From positions 1-37,035 of IMG/VR virus record IMGVR_UViG_3300008255_000254: a stretch of 37,035 nucleotides of DNA; one strand, written 5' to 3'. The notes under the pieces are model-generated. The model saw only the letters and a program-made list of their open reading frames with translations, was not told where the DNA came from and did no database searches. This document shows positions 35,730 through 37,035 of the stretch, piece after piece. This stretch comes from a virus. Its lineage: Duplodnaviria; Caudoviricetes. Within the stretch, counting starts at the first letter, position 1. Each line of letters begins with the position of its first letter. Both the position numbers and the translations under genes were made by a program.

Positions 35730-35776
35730 TGTGTCTTTATCCCTTCTCTGGGTATTTTTGCCGTGGAAGCGACGGC

Positions 35777-36211
35777 CTAAGCCATCGCCTCGATGATCTG
35801 CTCCAGAACGTGACGGCCGCGCGGCGTCAGATCAAAGAGCTGCTCCCGGTTGTCGGCCGGGTTGGTCTCCCGCTTGAGCCATCCGAGAGCGCCGGGGTAT
35901 AGCCGCGAGGGCTCCAGCAGGACCCGGTAGGTCGTCTTGAGCGAGCGGTTTACGTCCTCGCCGATGGCCTCCTTGATTGCCGTGTAGGTCGCTTGCCTAC
36001 CGGCGAGTATCGCGGCCGCAGCAGTCACAAAGAAAATGACTTGTGACGTCGTCATGCGGTGCGGGCTCAACTCGGCGGTAACAATCATCGCCGCCGAGAA
36101 GCGCGCTAAGTCGCCGACGTGCTTTTTTAGCGGGTCCATCCGGTTCTTTCTCCCCAATCCCCTTCGCAACGGCGCGGAGGTTGGTGCTTCGATAGCGTTG
36201 ATTTCCAGCAT
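35777..36211 (-). CDS. MarR-like winged-helix regulator (candidate repressor)
   Basis: GWLKRETNPADNREQLFDLTPRGRHVL matches the MarR wing pattern; upstream of integrase; start uncertain. Confidence 0.75.
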   Translation of the reverse strand: MLEINAIEAPTSAPLRRGLGRKNRMDPLKKHVGDLARFSAAMIVTAELSPHRMTTSQVIFFVTAAAAILAGRQATYTAIKEAIGEDVNRSLKTTYRVLLEPSRLYPGALGWLKRETNPADNREQLFDLTPRGRHVLEQIIEAMA

Positions 36212-36289
36212 TGTCTTTGCCCTTTTCGCTATGTCTGTATTCGTCAGGGGCGCTGACCCGAGCCGACCTGATTGTGCGTGACATTTTAT

Positions 36290-36318
36290 ATTATCCTTGA
36301 GATGAGACTATTTTGCAA
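36290..36318 (-). promoter_or_regulatory. Host sigma70-type promoter for regulator-integrase operon
   Basis: TTGCAA-17 nt-GATAAT in an AT-rich intergenic. Confidence 0.7.
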
Positions 36319-36404
36319 CAGCAGCGTCCGCCCATCAGCGGCGCCGAAGCGGGGTATATTCGAGATGACCCGAATAGACCAGTAGCATATGATAAGTAAT
36401 ATCC

Positions 36405-36971
36405 TCACCCTGTGCAAAGGTTTCCGCCGATAACAACAGGACCGTCGAGGTTGTCCGCGCCGACCGGCCCGCCATCCTTGGCGCGGTAGATTGCCCCACC
36501 GTTCGAGAAGCGGCCCACGCGCTGCATTGTGCCGAACGCGGCCTCGAACTTGGAGGTGATCCCGTCCAGCCAGCGGTTTGCAAGGTTGGCGTAGCCGTTC
36601 TCGTTCTCCTTCGGCACCGCCCAATAGGCGACCATGCCGCAATACTCGGAGATGCCGAAGTAGGCGTGGCAATTCTCGGCGACCGCGTGATCCTCCCGGC
36701 CGAGCCATTCGGAGCACGGGGAGGCCGAGGGGAACAGCTCGCGGAGGTGCTCCCGGAAGGGCTCGATGACGTCATCCTCGAAGTCGAAGAAGGCTTCGAT
36801 GTATCCCGCGCCGTCACAGTCGGGGCACTCGACGTCGTCCTCGCCGAAGTCTTCGGTCGGTTCGGAGACCGTGCCGGAGCCGTCGCAGTTGCAGCAGGTT
36901 TCGCGGTCATCCCCGAGCGTCCCGTAGGTGACGATCTGGGCGTTGGAAGGTGTGGAAACGCAGCGTCCCAT
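36405..36971 (-). CDS. Early acidic protein with two CxxCxGxG motifs
   Basis: AAGGAG RBS; CCNCDGSG and CPDCDGAG. Confidence 0.8.
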   Translation of the reverse strand: MGRCVSTPSNAQIVTYGTLGDDRETCCNCDGSGTVSEPTEDFGEDDVECPDCDGAGYIEAFFDFEDDVIEPFREHLRELFPSASPCSEWLGREDHAVAENCHAYFGISEYCGMVAYWAVPKENENGYANLANRWLDGITSKFEAAFGTMQRVGRFSNGGAIYRAKDGGPVGADNLDGPVVIGGNLCTG

Positions 36972-36973
36972 AA

Positions 36974-37035
36974 TCAAAACTCCTTGATTTCGTTGCCGTC
37001 TTCGTCTTCGATGTAGGCGGGGTCTTCGGTGTCGA
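36974..37035 (-). CDS. Partial acidic hypothetical protein (3' end only)
   Basis: ...DTEDPAYIEDEDGNEIKEF-stop, 2 nt before next ATG. Confidence 0.55.
   Translation of the reverse strand, partial: DTEDPAYIEDEDGNEIKEF

Noticed and set aside
25636-35779. Genome-wide TAG reassignment
   Set aside because: Amidase, primase-helicase and the MarR-like gene end in TAG at plausible C-termini, and no CUA-anticodon tRNA is visible

Overview
About 37 kb of a GC-rich, T7-like (Autographiviridae-type) temperate podophage genome, with all credible genes on the minus strand. From the right: early region (host sigma70 promoter, MarR-like regulator, tyrosine integrase, intact attP, Bro-N protein, single-subunit RNA polymerase); replication region (SSB, RusA-type resolvase, amidase, primase-helicase, PolA, HNH-type nuclease, MazG, interspersed lysis genes, exonuclease); virion region (portal, scaffold, capsid, tail tubes, internal proteins, tail fibres). 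The terminase is not in the window. An alphaproteobacterial host is an inference. Six copies of a phage RNAP promoter are readable. The main candidate novelty is an ~86-nt promoter-to-terminator small RNA (18812-18897) whose unpaired 16-nt seed is antisense to the ribosome-binding/start regions of the RNAP gene and two other early genes, followed directly by a degenerate tRNA-Trp-like element. Other structured non-coding elements precede polA and the capsid gene. Several reading-frame anomalies (two in-frame TAGs, an ATC start, one frameshift, an HNH remnant) could be biology, decay or sequence error. All calls come from motif recognition and manual pairing; no searches or folding were run.
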